A stretch of 64,000 bases of DNA, taken from positions 4,608,001 through 4,672,000 of the forward strand of contig OZ242029.1 in NCBI GenBank assembly GCA_965205015.1, written 5' to 3'. Both the position numbers and the translations under genes were made by a program. The notes beneath the pieces were generated by a model that saw nothing but the letters and a program-made list of their open reading frames with translations, ran no database searches and was not told where the DNA came from. Origin of the DNA: Candidatus Poribacteria bacterium. Its GTDB lineage: Bacteria > Poribacteria > WGA-4E > WGA-3G. Below are positions 56,081 to 64,000 of this stretch, in pieces; the first letter of the stretch is position 1, and every line of letters starts with the position of its first letter.

Positions 56081-56231
56081 TACCATTAACCATTTCCGAC
56101 AGGGTTATTCAATTTTCCGAAATTTTAGATTTTCGGTTCCCGAGGATCTCTGTAGGAGCGAGTTGTGTTCGCGAGGTCTTGGCGAAAACGCCGAAAAAAC
56201 CTACAATTGAATGACCTTGCCATTTCTGATC

Positions 56232-57854
56232 CTATACGAGATTGTAGGGCATTTGGCGGAAGGTGATACCGTGGTGCTTTAAGGTGGCTTCGGTGAGCTG
56301 GGTCCCGCCGCAATGAATAATCTTCATCCCATCATGCCGTGGTAAACGGCTTATGAGTTCCTCAGTGAGGATATCGTCGCTGTTGAGCAGATAAACACCG
56401 ATACCGTCCGCGCTGCCTAAAAAGGCGCGTTGGCGTTTTTCATTGGTAGTGCAAGAACTATACGCTGGCCGATCTCCTTCTACAAGGGATAGCGCGATGT
56501 CCACCGCCATCGGGGTTCCCGTTTCCTTGAAAAAGAGTAACTGTGCCATCTCACTAAACGGAATTTCCTGTTTTTCTGAGAAGGTTTCGCCGACGTGATA
56601 ATAGGAGAAGGTGCCTCCGGTCCCAAATACATTCTGTAGTCTACCCTTCTGCTCATAGGTGTAGCCTTCACTGACACGTTCAAGACGGACAGCCGTAATT
56701 TCACGGGCTATTTTCGGCTCTACCTCAACCAAAATGAAACGCCGACTACCGCCATCCTCACGGTTTTGTTCCATAACCGCGTGTGCCGTTGTACCACTGC
56801 CAGCGAAAGAGTCAAGGATAATGGCATCTTTACTGCGTAGCAATTCCAGCAAAAACTTAATAAATTTTATGGGCTTAGGTTGGGGAAAAACACCCCCTTC
56901 ACCGAATATATCACGAAGTTCACTTGTTCCTTCTTTATTGAACCCTACGATTTCTGGTGAGAGGAATACATCTGGTGGTTGTCCTTCTTGTACCTCAGAG
57001 AGATAGCGTTTTGTCCGCGGTTCGTTCCCAGAAAAATCAATGCGACCTTCGCGTTCCATGCTACGTAGTGTATCTTGCGAATAACTTGGATAACGTCCCG
57101 AAGGGGGAGACCATACAACTCCATTTTCAAAGGTGAACGTGTATGGTGTGTAATAGTTTCGGGCACTGAGTGGATCAAGTTTATACTTACCTCTACCATC
57201 ATTGTCGTCATGAGGATATTTCGTTGATTTATCAGTAATGTAACGAATATACCGACTTTTGTCTTCACCAAACCAAGATTTCTCTTTGGCATAAACCAAG
57301 GTGTAGTCAGCATTGTGATTAAAATCTTTACTGGAGTTACGCACGGTGTGCATTGCTCTTCTTGTGAGAATTGCAAAAAAGTTCTTTTCTCCGAAAATCT
57401 CATCCATTAGCATTCGTAAATGATGCACTTCATTATCATCAATTGAGATAAAGATCACCCCGTCCTCTCGAAGGAGTTGATGAAGGAGGCAGAGGCGGGG
57501 GTACATCATACAGAGCCATTTATCATGTCGAGAGAGATCTTCAGAGAGTTTGCCAACAGTTTTTCCGAGCCATTTCCGGATGGTTGGGTTGTTGACATTA
57601 TCGTTGTAAATCCAATTTTCGTTGCCTGTATTATAAGGCGGATCAATGTAGATGCATTTGACTCTACCAGCATAATAAGGTAGGAGTGCTTTGAGAGCGA
57701 AGAGGTTATCGCCTTCAATAAGCAGATTACCGGTGCCGAGCGGCTCGTTCTCGGCACCTAAGGAGTGATCAGGGTTGTGCGTGAGCGTGTGTATCGGCAC
57801 CTCATCGTGGTGGTTGATGACGGCTTCTTTTCCGATCCAGTTTAGTGTTGGCAT
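56232..57854 (-). CDS. mod: Type III R-M Mod subunit (beta-class adenine DNA methyltransferase)
   Basis: MPTLNWIGK, LIEGDNL, IYIDPPYNTG, HDKWLCMMYPRL, ISIDDNE, LDSFAGSGTT. Confidence 0.92.
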   Translation of the reverse strand: MPTLNWIGKEAVINHHDEVPIHTLTHNPDHSLGAENEPLGTGNLLIEGDNLFALKALLPYYAGRVKCIYIDPPYNTGNENWIYNDNVNNPTIRKWLGKTVGKLSEDLSRHDKWLCMMYPRLCLLHQLLREDGVIFISIDDNEVHHLRMLMDEIFGEKNFFAILTRRAMHTVRNSSKDFNHNADYTLVYAKEKSWFGEDKSRYIRYITDKSTKYPHDDNDGRGKYKLDPLSARNYYTPYTFTFENGVVWSPPSGRYPSYSQDTLRSMEREGRIDFSGNEPRTKRYLSEVQEGQPPDVFLSPEIVGFNKEGTSELRDIFGEGGVFPQPKPIKFIKFLLELLRSKDAIILDSFAGSGTTAHAVMEQNREDGGSRRFILVEVEPKIAREITAVRLERVSEGYTYEQKGRLQNVFGTGGTFSYYHVGETFSEKQEIPFSEMAQLLFFKETGTPMAVDIALSLVEGDRPAYSSCTTNEKRQRAFLGSADGIGVYLLNSDDILTEELISRLPRHDGMKIIHCGGTQLTEATLKHHGITFRQMPYNLV

Positions 57855-57905
57855 GTATGCCCTATCTCCAAGATTCCTTTTTGGATTATGTCATGACAAA
57901 ACGAG

Positions 57906-58043
57906 TTAGTGCTTCCACTTTGAGAGTTGATCTTTGCTGAGGTTATGTCGGCGACACACTTCCGTTTGTGAACTTTCACCACTGAGCGTCTCAAGAACAA
58001 CTGACGCTTTAAACTCGGTGGTGAATCTTCTGCGTTTGGCCAG
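57906..58043 (-). pseudogene. IS3-family OrfA (HTH) transposase remnant
   Basis: AKRRRFTTEFKASVVLETLSGESSQTEVCRRHNLSKDQLSKWK, then a stop; no OrfB. Confidence 0.75.
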
Positions 58044-58090
58044 CTGGCAGTACACAAAATGTAATGTTTCATAGCCTGAAATTGGGATTG

Positions 58091-59560
58091 CTAAGTTTTT
58101 ATGAGGACTGTTGGAACATAAGCATTTGGTGAAGTCCACTCATAACATTGAATTTTCCCTATGGTATTCAGGCGATGTCCTAGGAAAAGGGCAAACTGTG
58201 CAGGTCCTGCGAAGAAAAGATGGATTTTTTTTGCTTGTGATTTGCTAACAAATTCTTGAATCATTGATTTTGCTTTTTGCACCGCTCGATTTGTTTGAGC
58301 ATCGGATTGGAGAACCATATCACTATACAAGTAAAGTTGTCTGCCATGGAAATGCTCCATTTGCAAGTACTGTTTTACTTCTTCATTGGCAGTGTTTTTC
58401 AAGATAGAAATTCCCACTGCTATTTCATCTGTTAATTCTCCTTCCGTAGACTGCTGCCAATGATAATCTGGTGTATCTTCGTTTGCATGGCTGTTAGTCC
58501 ACCAAACTTCATCTCTAACTTCCATACCAATCGCAAAACCAGAGACTGCGGAAAAGATTGAGCCAATGGCAATAGACGCGGATAATCTACGATGTCCACT
58601 CAAGTAAATACGTCGCTCTCGATTTGTTGAAACTATCCAGTCCTTCGTCCGGCAGAGTTCGCCAATGACCTTCTCGCTCCATTCTTCTGGTGGAGGAAAG
58701 TGACGTTCAGAACCACCAAAAAAACGCGTCCAGTTAAACTGGAGACAACCGTCGGGTACTTTATTGAGACTTTCATCGTACAAGGTGTGGATTCTGATAG
58801 TAGATTCAGGTCTATCTTCTTCTGGCACTTCCTGCCAAATTGCTTTTTCCAGCTCAGGTCTATAGATAGGCTGGTTCTTTCGGGATGAAATCAATTCCAC
58901 TAAGCATGAGTACGCGTCACTACTTATTTTCACAGGAAAATTCTCAAAATTTGGAAAATGATTTAACAGAACTTCCCTGAAAAGTTCTCGAGGAAAATCT
59001 TCGGCATCGGTCAAATCAATTTTAAAGTGTACTTTTGAAAACAGAAAGTCAGCCATCTCTTTTGATTTACCATGTCTTTTCACTCTATCGACAAAATCAT
59101 TATATGATGTGTCTTGTATCTGTTTTGACCCATTATAAAAAGGAAAGGCATCTCGAATTCGGTCCAAAGCGTTTGTAATCGGTTTTAACCCGCCGGAAAT
59201 TGATGTACAAGCCAACACAAACCGTTGATAGGAATCTGGAGCGTGCTTGTCCTTTTCCCAAAAATTTTCTACTTCTTCCCAAAATTCTGTGGGCTGTAGA
59301 AGATGGTTCTTATACTCAACGAACTCGCAAGTCAAGCCGACATTAGGAATGAAAAACTTTGCTTCAACATCACCGAGAGATTCACGAATCATCTCGGTGA
59401 ATCCATCTTCCGCGAGCCAACTTGGTATTTGAGCGGTAATTAAGTTGGCTTGGTACCTGAAACCACCTTCTGCGATATCACCACCAGTGGCTTGAGATGC
59501 TAACAAAGACCCGCTACTGTGTTTCTGGCTCAAATTATTTTCTCCGTAATTAGTTGGCAT
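58091..59560 (-). CDS. cap4: CBASS effector: restriction-endonuclease-like domain plus SAVED sensor (Cap4/Nuc-SAVED type)
   Basis: GGDIAEGGFRYQ, E..GDVE...EYKN nuclease motif; SAVED C-terminus IHLFFAGPAQFALFLGHRLN...CYEW...YVP. Confidence 0.82.
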   Translation of the reverse strand: MPTNYGENNLSQKHSSGSLLASQATGGDIAEGGFRYQANLITAQIPSWLAEDGFTEMIRESLGDVEAKFFIPNVGLTCEFVEYKNHLLQPTEFWEEVENFWEKDKHAPDSYQRFVLACTSISGGLKPITNALDRIRDAFPFYNGSKQIQDTSYNDFVDRVKRHGKSKEMADFLFSKVHFKIDLTDAEDFPRELFREVLLNHFPNFENFPVKISSDAYSCLVELISSRKNQPIYRPELEKAIWQEVPEEDRPESTIRIHTLYDESLNKVPDGCLQFNWTRFFGGSERHFPPPEEWSEKVIGELCRTKDWIVSTNRERRIYLSGHRRLSASIAIGSIFSAVSGFAIGMEVRDEVWWTNSHANEDTPDYHWQQSTEGELTDEIAVGISILKNTANEEVKQYLQMEHFHGRQLYLYSDMVLQSDAQTNRAVQKAKSMIQEFVSKSQAKKIHLFFAGPAQFALFLGHRLNTIGKIQCYEWTSPNAYVPTVLIKT

Positions 59561-60000
59561 TTGAAAAATTTACCATCTTTGAGAAAAATTGTTACTGTTC
59601 CTTCAATTTTCTGTTCACCTTTAAGTTGCACAATAAGCAAGATAACAAAATTCGCACCAGTATCAGGATCAGTTACAATTTCCTGCATTGACTGAATATC
59701 CTTCTGACTCGGCACTAGCGGAAATGAAGGATGTGAATGCCACTCTCCAAGATAGTTAAATTTTCCATAGTTATATCCCGTCCGTTTAAAGAATCCCTTC
59801 AATGGTTTAACAATATCTACCACTAAGCGGACAAAAAACGCAACGCTGCCAAACTGTTCCTGAATAGTCAAATCAACAATACAGAATTCCGATTCGGCAA
59901 TATGTTCTCCCATAAGGACACCACCGATTTCCTGATTACCAGCTCTTTCGAGAGCAGGGATAAGTTTCTTTTGGATGTCAGTCGGTAGATGAATTTTCAT
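59530..60000 (-). CDS. cap3: CBASS JAB/MPN isopeptidase Cap3
   Basis: EIGGVLMG, YLGEWHSHPSF...PSQKD (JAMM motif). Confidence 0.9.
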   Translation of the reverse strand: MKIHLPTDIQKKLIPALERAGNQEIGGVLMGEHIAESEFCIVDLTIQEQFGSVAFFVRLVVDIVKPLKGFFKRTGYNYGKFNYLGEWHSHPSFPLVPSQKDIQSMQEIVTDPDTGANFVILLIVQLKGEQKIEGTVTIFLKDGKFFKCQLITEKII

Positions 60001-61723
60001 TTTTCTGCTTCAGAATCAGTTGTGCTATGAAGTCGCGGTTTTCATTGATTTTATCCTCTGAAAATTCTGATTCAGTGAAGGCAGATTGGACTTCTGGAAG
60101 ATTTATGGGAATGGTGTGGAACGGCTGATCAAAAATCCAGCCTCGACTGAGTCCAATCAAATATAGAGAATAAGGAAAATCTGATGGTTCACGTTCAATT
60201 AAGATATCCAGTGCCATTCGAGTGGCATTTGCCGCGATGAGAGTAACATCCGCATCACTCGCCACAATAGTTTCTCCATCACTGTTAATTGTCGTATAAT
60301 CGACAGTTTCTTGTATTTCTGGTAGTTCTAGTTTTTCAAGATATTTGTGAAAAGCAGCACGGGTTATTTGCGGATCTGGATCCTCGTTAGGACGGAATCG
60401 GGCTATCATTCCGCCAATGCCTCCAGCGTAGATTTTAAGCCAAATTATGGGTTTTACCTGCTGGCTTGCGACAGTTGACAATTGATTAAGAGTACAGGGG
60501 TCAGCCGTCGCATCAATGATGAGATCACAGGCACCAAGTTGAGAAAGCATACTATCAACAGTCGCAGTGGCTTCTTGTCCCGACAGTTTGACAGGGGAAC
60601 ATTTCACACTAATATCTTGAGCAATAAGTTTTAATTGATGGGCAATTCCATCAATTTTGTGTTGCCCTACGTCTGCCCAATTGAGTTCATGGCGACAGAT
60701 ATTTTCTTCAAGAAACACGTCATCATCAACGAGAAGGAAATTGCGTACCCCAGTTCGTGCAAGAGAAACGGCAATTTTACTGCCAGCCGATCCAAGTCCA
60801 ACAATTCCAACCGTTTTTGTACTAAGATTGATAAACTCTGGTAGAAGGCGAGGGGTTTCTTCTGTGCTATTGATATCCACTTGAGCAAACCGACTCCATT
60901 CTTTTTCATTTGAAGTCAAAAACAAGTGGAGTCCCTCACTGACATCAATGATTAGTGCAAGACAAGTTGATGAAGATTTAAGTTGTGAGACGTCATGATT
61001 TTGTGCTTCAAGAACGTCAAAGGGTGATTCCAATGGTTGAGATTTCAAAACCTCGGCTTCCAAAGTAGTTTTGAAGAAGTGGCCTTCAATTTGACTAGTG
61101 GTTTTTTCTAATTCTGGAAGCAGTGCAGGATGACACCATTTTTCGCCATTGAGAGGAGAAAAACTCGCTATGAAGGCAACTACACTTTTTCGAGAGAGCA
61201 TCACGTTAAACTGGACAGTTCCCGATTTTTTCCTTGGGAGCGATTGTGTATAAGATATAAGAGACGCATCAACAATAAATCGCAAATAGTTAGTTCTCAA
61301 TTCCTGCCCAGGTGTCAGCAAGTGTCTGGAAGGTGCTTCTATTAGTCTTGAATTCTCTTCTGTCTGGCTCTCAATCTCTAGAAGTTTATGGGCACTGATA
61401 AGCATATCAGCACCAGTAATTTCCTCATGCCAGGTGTCAGGTCCCCACTCAAGACAAAGTTCACCGGAACGGTACTGATGTGTTGACCAAGACTGATTTG
61501 ATTCGCGCGGACGTACAGTTGGCGGACTGGCAGGATAATTAGTCGGGTAAAGCATGATTACCGAATAGCAGCGTCCAAGTACTTCAATATCGGCAACGAG
61601 ACCTAATGTAGGGTCACTATCCAATTTCCAGTCTGCTGAGAGCAGCCAGTCCACCTCAGAATGCAATGTGGTGATTGCTTCTCGTTCTTTATCCAATCTC
61701 GCCAAATTTTTCAGGAACCACAT
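59978..61723 (-). CDS. cap2: CBASS E2-E1 (ThiF) fusion Cap2
   Basis: E2-like YP..PP...HQY.SGELCL; E1 GIVGLGSAGS, DDD...N..RH, G.HK, IIDATA. Confidence 0.88.
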   Translation of the reverse strand: MWFLKNLARLDKEREAITTLHSEVDWLLSADWKLDSDPTLGLVADIEVLGRCYSVIMLYPTNYPASPPTVRPRESNQSWSTHQYRSGELCLEWGPDTWHEEITGADMLISAHKLLEIESQTEENSRLIEAPSRHLLTPGQELRTNYLRFIVDASLISYTQSLPRKKSGTVQFNVMLSRKSVVAFIASFSPLNGEKWCHPALLPELEKTTSQIEGHFFKTTLEAEVLKSQPLESPFDVLEAQNHDVSQLKSSSTCLALIIDVSEGLHLFLTSNEKEWSRFAQVDINSTEETPRLLPEFINLSTKTVGIVGLGSAGSKIAVSLARTGVRNFLLVDDDVFLEENICRHELNWADVGQHKIDGIAHQLKLIAQDISVKCSPVKLSGQEATATVDSMLSQLGACDLIIDATADPCTLNQLSTVASQQVKPIIWLKIYAGGIGGMIARFRPNEDPDPQITRAAFHKYLEKLELPEIQETVDYTTINSDGETIVASDADVTLIAANATRMALDILIEREPSDFPYSLYLIGLSRGWIFDQPFHTIPINLPEVQSAFTESEFSEDKINENRDFIAQLILKQKNENSSTD

Positions 61724-62718
61724 CAGGCAAATCCTTTAGGTTCTTTCGGAACGATTGGTTCGTTTGGAAAAGTAGGCGATGATAGTGTTCCTGGCGCGGC
61801 CAACAGACTTTCCGACTTTGTTCCTGCTGTTTCACGGAACCGATTACCAAAAATTTTTCTCCATAGCTTTGTCGCTTCCTCTGGGTCAGTCTCGTTCAGA
61901 GCTTTTCGACCAAGCTCGGCATGAGACTCTGCTTTATTATAAAAGCCGATGAACGCATTAACAGTTATGCCATCAGTGACGAAATTACCAGGGACTGCAG
62001 GATCTGGAATATTAGGAACGTTCTCTAAGAGGAAATTAATCTTGTATTTTTCAACAATTTCCTCCAAGGTTTTGACAAATAATTCGCCATAATAGGTTTC
62101 CTCATAGTCCATGCACTCAGCGGTAATACACTCAATAACAAACCCTTTGGGCTTTTTAGAAACTGTTGGATTTTCACGTCGCCACCACTTCCCTAACTTA
62201 ACTAATGGTTTGAAGCGTCCGCCGGCTGTTTCATTGGTTTCGATCGTCCAAGTTGTATGCCCTGGTGGATTGGTTGAGAGCCAACACTCCTGTTTTCTAT
62301 CAGGAATGAGGTACATTTCTCCATCTGGTATAATTGGGACAACGTCCATGTCAGCTTTAGAAGATTCAATACCGACAGACCGCGCCTGTTTGCGGATATT
62401 GGAATACTTTTTTTTCAGGGTTTTGTAGAGCAAGTCGACAACTTCTTTTGGATCATCATAGGAAGTATGGTTTGTCACCACGATAATATCGACATCAGGG
62501 CGATTAGTCTGCCCGTTTTTTGTACGAGGACGAATTGCTGTATCTCGTTTATAGGACCCTGACAGAAAAGTATTCACGTGATATTCTTTGAAGTCTTCAT
62601 CATCTTTAAGAAAATCACGTAATTCAGTGTGAGCGGAAGAGGCGTTACTTTTGGTTGTGGGACTCGGTTCAATGTCACTCAAAAATTCAGTAAACCGGGC
62701 TTGTGGGATTGTTGGCAT
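61723..62718 (-). CDS. cGAS/DncV-like nucleotidyltransferase (CD-NTase, SMODS)
   Basis: [12 protein letters not shown]...DVDI, MDVVP, TNP, K.WRR, DPAVPGN; C-terminus PKEPKGFA; start ATG 62718 after AAAGGAG. Confidence 0.92.
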   Translation of the reverse strand: MPTIPQARFTEFLSDIEPSPTTKSNASSAHTELRDFLKDDEDFKEYHVNTFLSGSYKRDTAIRPRTKNGQTNRPDVDIIVVTNHTSYDDPKEVVDLLYKTLKKKYSNIRKQARSVGIESSKADMDVVPIIPDGEMYLIPDRKQECWLSTNPPGHTTWTIETNETAGGRFKPLVKLGKWWRRENPTVSKKPKGFVIECITAECMDYEETYYGELFVKTLEEIVEKYKINFLLENVPNIPDPAVPGNFVTDGITVNAFIGFYNKAESHAELGRKALNETDPEEATKLWRKIFGNRFRETAGTKSESLLAAPGTLSSPTFPNEPIVPKEPKGFA

Positions 62719-62884
62719 GGTTTCTTCTCCTTTGTTAGAAGACCTTATGGAATCAAGTATTCTCCGGGCGAGGATGTCCAAACTGAAATTTGTTTCTGGA
62801 GTGTTGTCTTACGCAAATCAATACCTCTAAAGAGGATAAAACACTGAGATAGGGCAAGATTAAATCACTTAATTATCAAGGCAA

Positions 62885-62913
62885 ATTATACGATATTTTT
62901 TCTCGTTTGTCAA
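62885..62913 (-). promoter_or_regulatory. Consensus sigma70 promoter of the CBASS operon
   Basis: Minus strand TTGACA-N17-TATAAT, perfect. Confidence 0.72.
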
Positions 62914-63026
62914 GTCTTTTACCGTGTTAACAGAGCCATTTAATTGAGGGTGGTGCATAAATAAAGTTGTGGAGTATCAGGATAATGGGTATGCTTTAAT
63001 GAAACCACCCATATAAGGCATACCCG

Positions 63027-64000
63027 ATGTATTATCCTGACAGAAAAGAGTATATCACATTTTTGTTTTCTTTACTTGATGAGTTTGCTGAGAAGAAACA
63101 AACGCTTCTCAGCAGAGGGAGACCCAAAACGTATTCAGATGCTGCCTTGATCGTCTTTTATGCCATGATGACACTGAAGCAGATAAACACGGCTCGCGGG
63201 CAGCACCGCTGGTTATACACGCATCCACTCATGCTTGAGACGCTACGATTGTGGGTGTGTCCATCGCGTTCGACGCTCTCACGCCGATATAAGCAACTGT
63301 TTCCACTTCTCAGTGAGTTTTGTGAGTTTATCGCCGATTGGGCAGTTTCACACGGATATGGTTTTTCACATACCCGCGTCTATGAAGATAAGAGTTTGTT
63401 CAAGGCACACGGGCGCGTCTGGCACAAGAAGGATCGTGTGAAAAATCATATTCCCAAAGGACTTTGCAATGTCGATAAGGCCGCAAACGGGTCGAAAAGT
63501 GCTTATCACGGATGGGTCTATGGATACGGACTTCATCTGACGACGACGCGACACGGATTTCCCGTGATGTGTGATGTCATGCCTGCCAACGTCAATGAAC
63601 GTAAAGTGCTTGATAAGAAGCAATCTCGTCTGGTGGCTAAAGGCGTGCGGTGTCTTATCGCCGATGCTGGCTATAGAGATAAAAACCGCACCACTGACTT
63701 TGCTAAAAGGCAAGTTCTGCTGGTAACACCTGATATCTGTCTCGAACAAGTAGCCTTGATGTTTGGAGGTATGGATGCTATGGCAATCGCAGTTTTCGAA
63801 GAGGCGAAAGCCTGTCGAAAAACCGCAATTGAACCCGCATTTGACTTACTCAGTAAACTCTTAGCAACCACCGGAGCGCATAAACCTTTGCCCGTCAGCG
63901 GCTTGGCATGTGTGGCTACATTCTTAGGGCTTGGCACCGTAATTTTACAACTCGCAATGTTGATCAATATCGCAATGTTGATCAATATTAGGTGTGGACT
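63027..64000 (+). mobile_element. DDE transposase (DDE_Tnp_1; IS4/IS5/IS982-like), truncated by the window edge
   Basis: Manual translation, open from ATG 63027 to the end: RGRPKTYS, PSRSTLSRR, EDKS, GWVYGYGLHL, PANVNE, IADAGY, RKTAIEPAF. Not in the ORF track. Confidence 0.85.

Noticed and set aside
56440-56500. Possible in-frame REP insertion in the Mod C-terminus (IALSLVEGDRPAYSSCTT)
   Set aside because: Facing GTAG/CTAC words are present but there is no convincing hairpin; needs an orthologue alignment.
56232-57854. Phase-variable mod (phasevarion)
   Set aside because: No simple sequence repeat tract seen in or upstream of mod.
63235-63985. Three short ORFs listed at the right end
   Set aside because: Superseded by the single open transposase frame starting at 63027.

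Overview
Bacterial chromosomal window. It is probably Candidatus Poribacteria or a relative; this is inferred from the gene mix (PhyH, sulfatase-like, LamG, Uma2, TolB/PD40 proteins) and a recurrent C-terminal 'V-x-P-x-x-K-L-x-x-x-W-x-x-(I/L)-K' tail on secreted proteins. 1-14.5 kb holds metabolic and secreted-protein genes plus a MazF toxin-antitoxin pair. 15-23 kb is an expanded phosphate-uptake locus: pstS, pstC, pstA, a K+ channel, three pstB, a second divergent pstA and phoU. 23-35 kb holds transporters and catabolic enzymes. 35-45 kb is ffh-rpsP-khpA-trmD-rplS-rnhB...yraN, lacking rimM and interrupted by a membrane-anchored ECF sigma/beta-propeller fusion plus two PD40 proteins. 50-64 kb is a defence island: a complete type II CBASS (CD-NTase, Cap2, Cap3, nuclease-SAVED), an IS3 remnant, and a type III R-M system. 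Its mod and res genes are separated by a three-gene cassette with its own promoter (DUF3696 ABC-type ATPase, a chimeric protein with an internal repeat and antitoxin-like tail, and a RelE toxin), which is the best candidate for an undescribed defence system. A DDE transposase runs off the right edge. GTAG-type REP palindromes and MITE-like shells are scattered throughout; some sit in frame inside genes and some are flanked by duplicated gene ends. No rRNA, tRNA or CRISPR array was seen. All calls come from reading motifs by eye; no database search was run.
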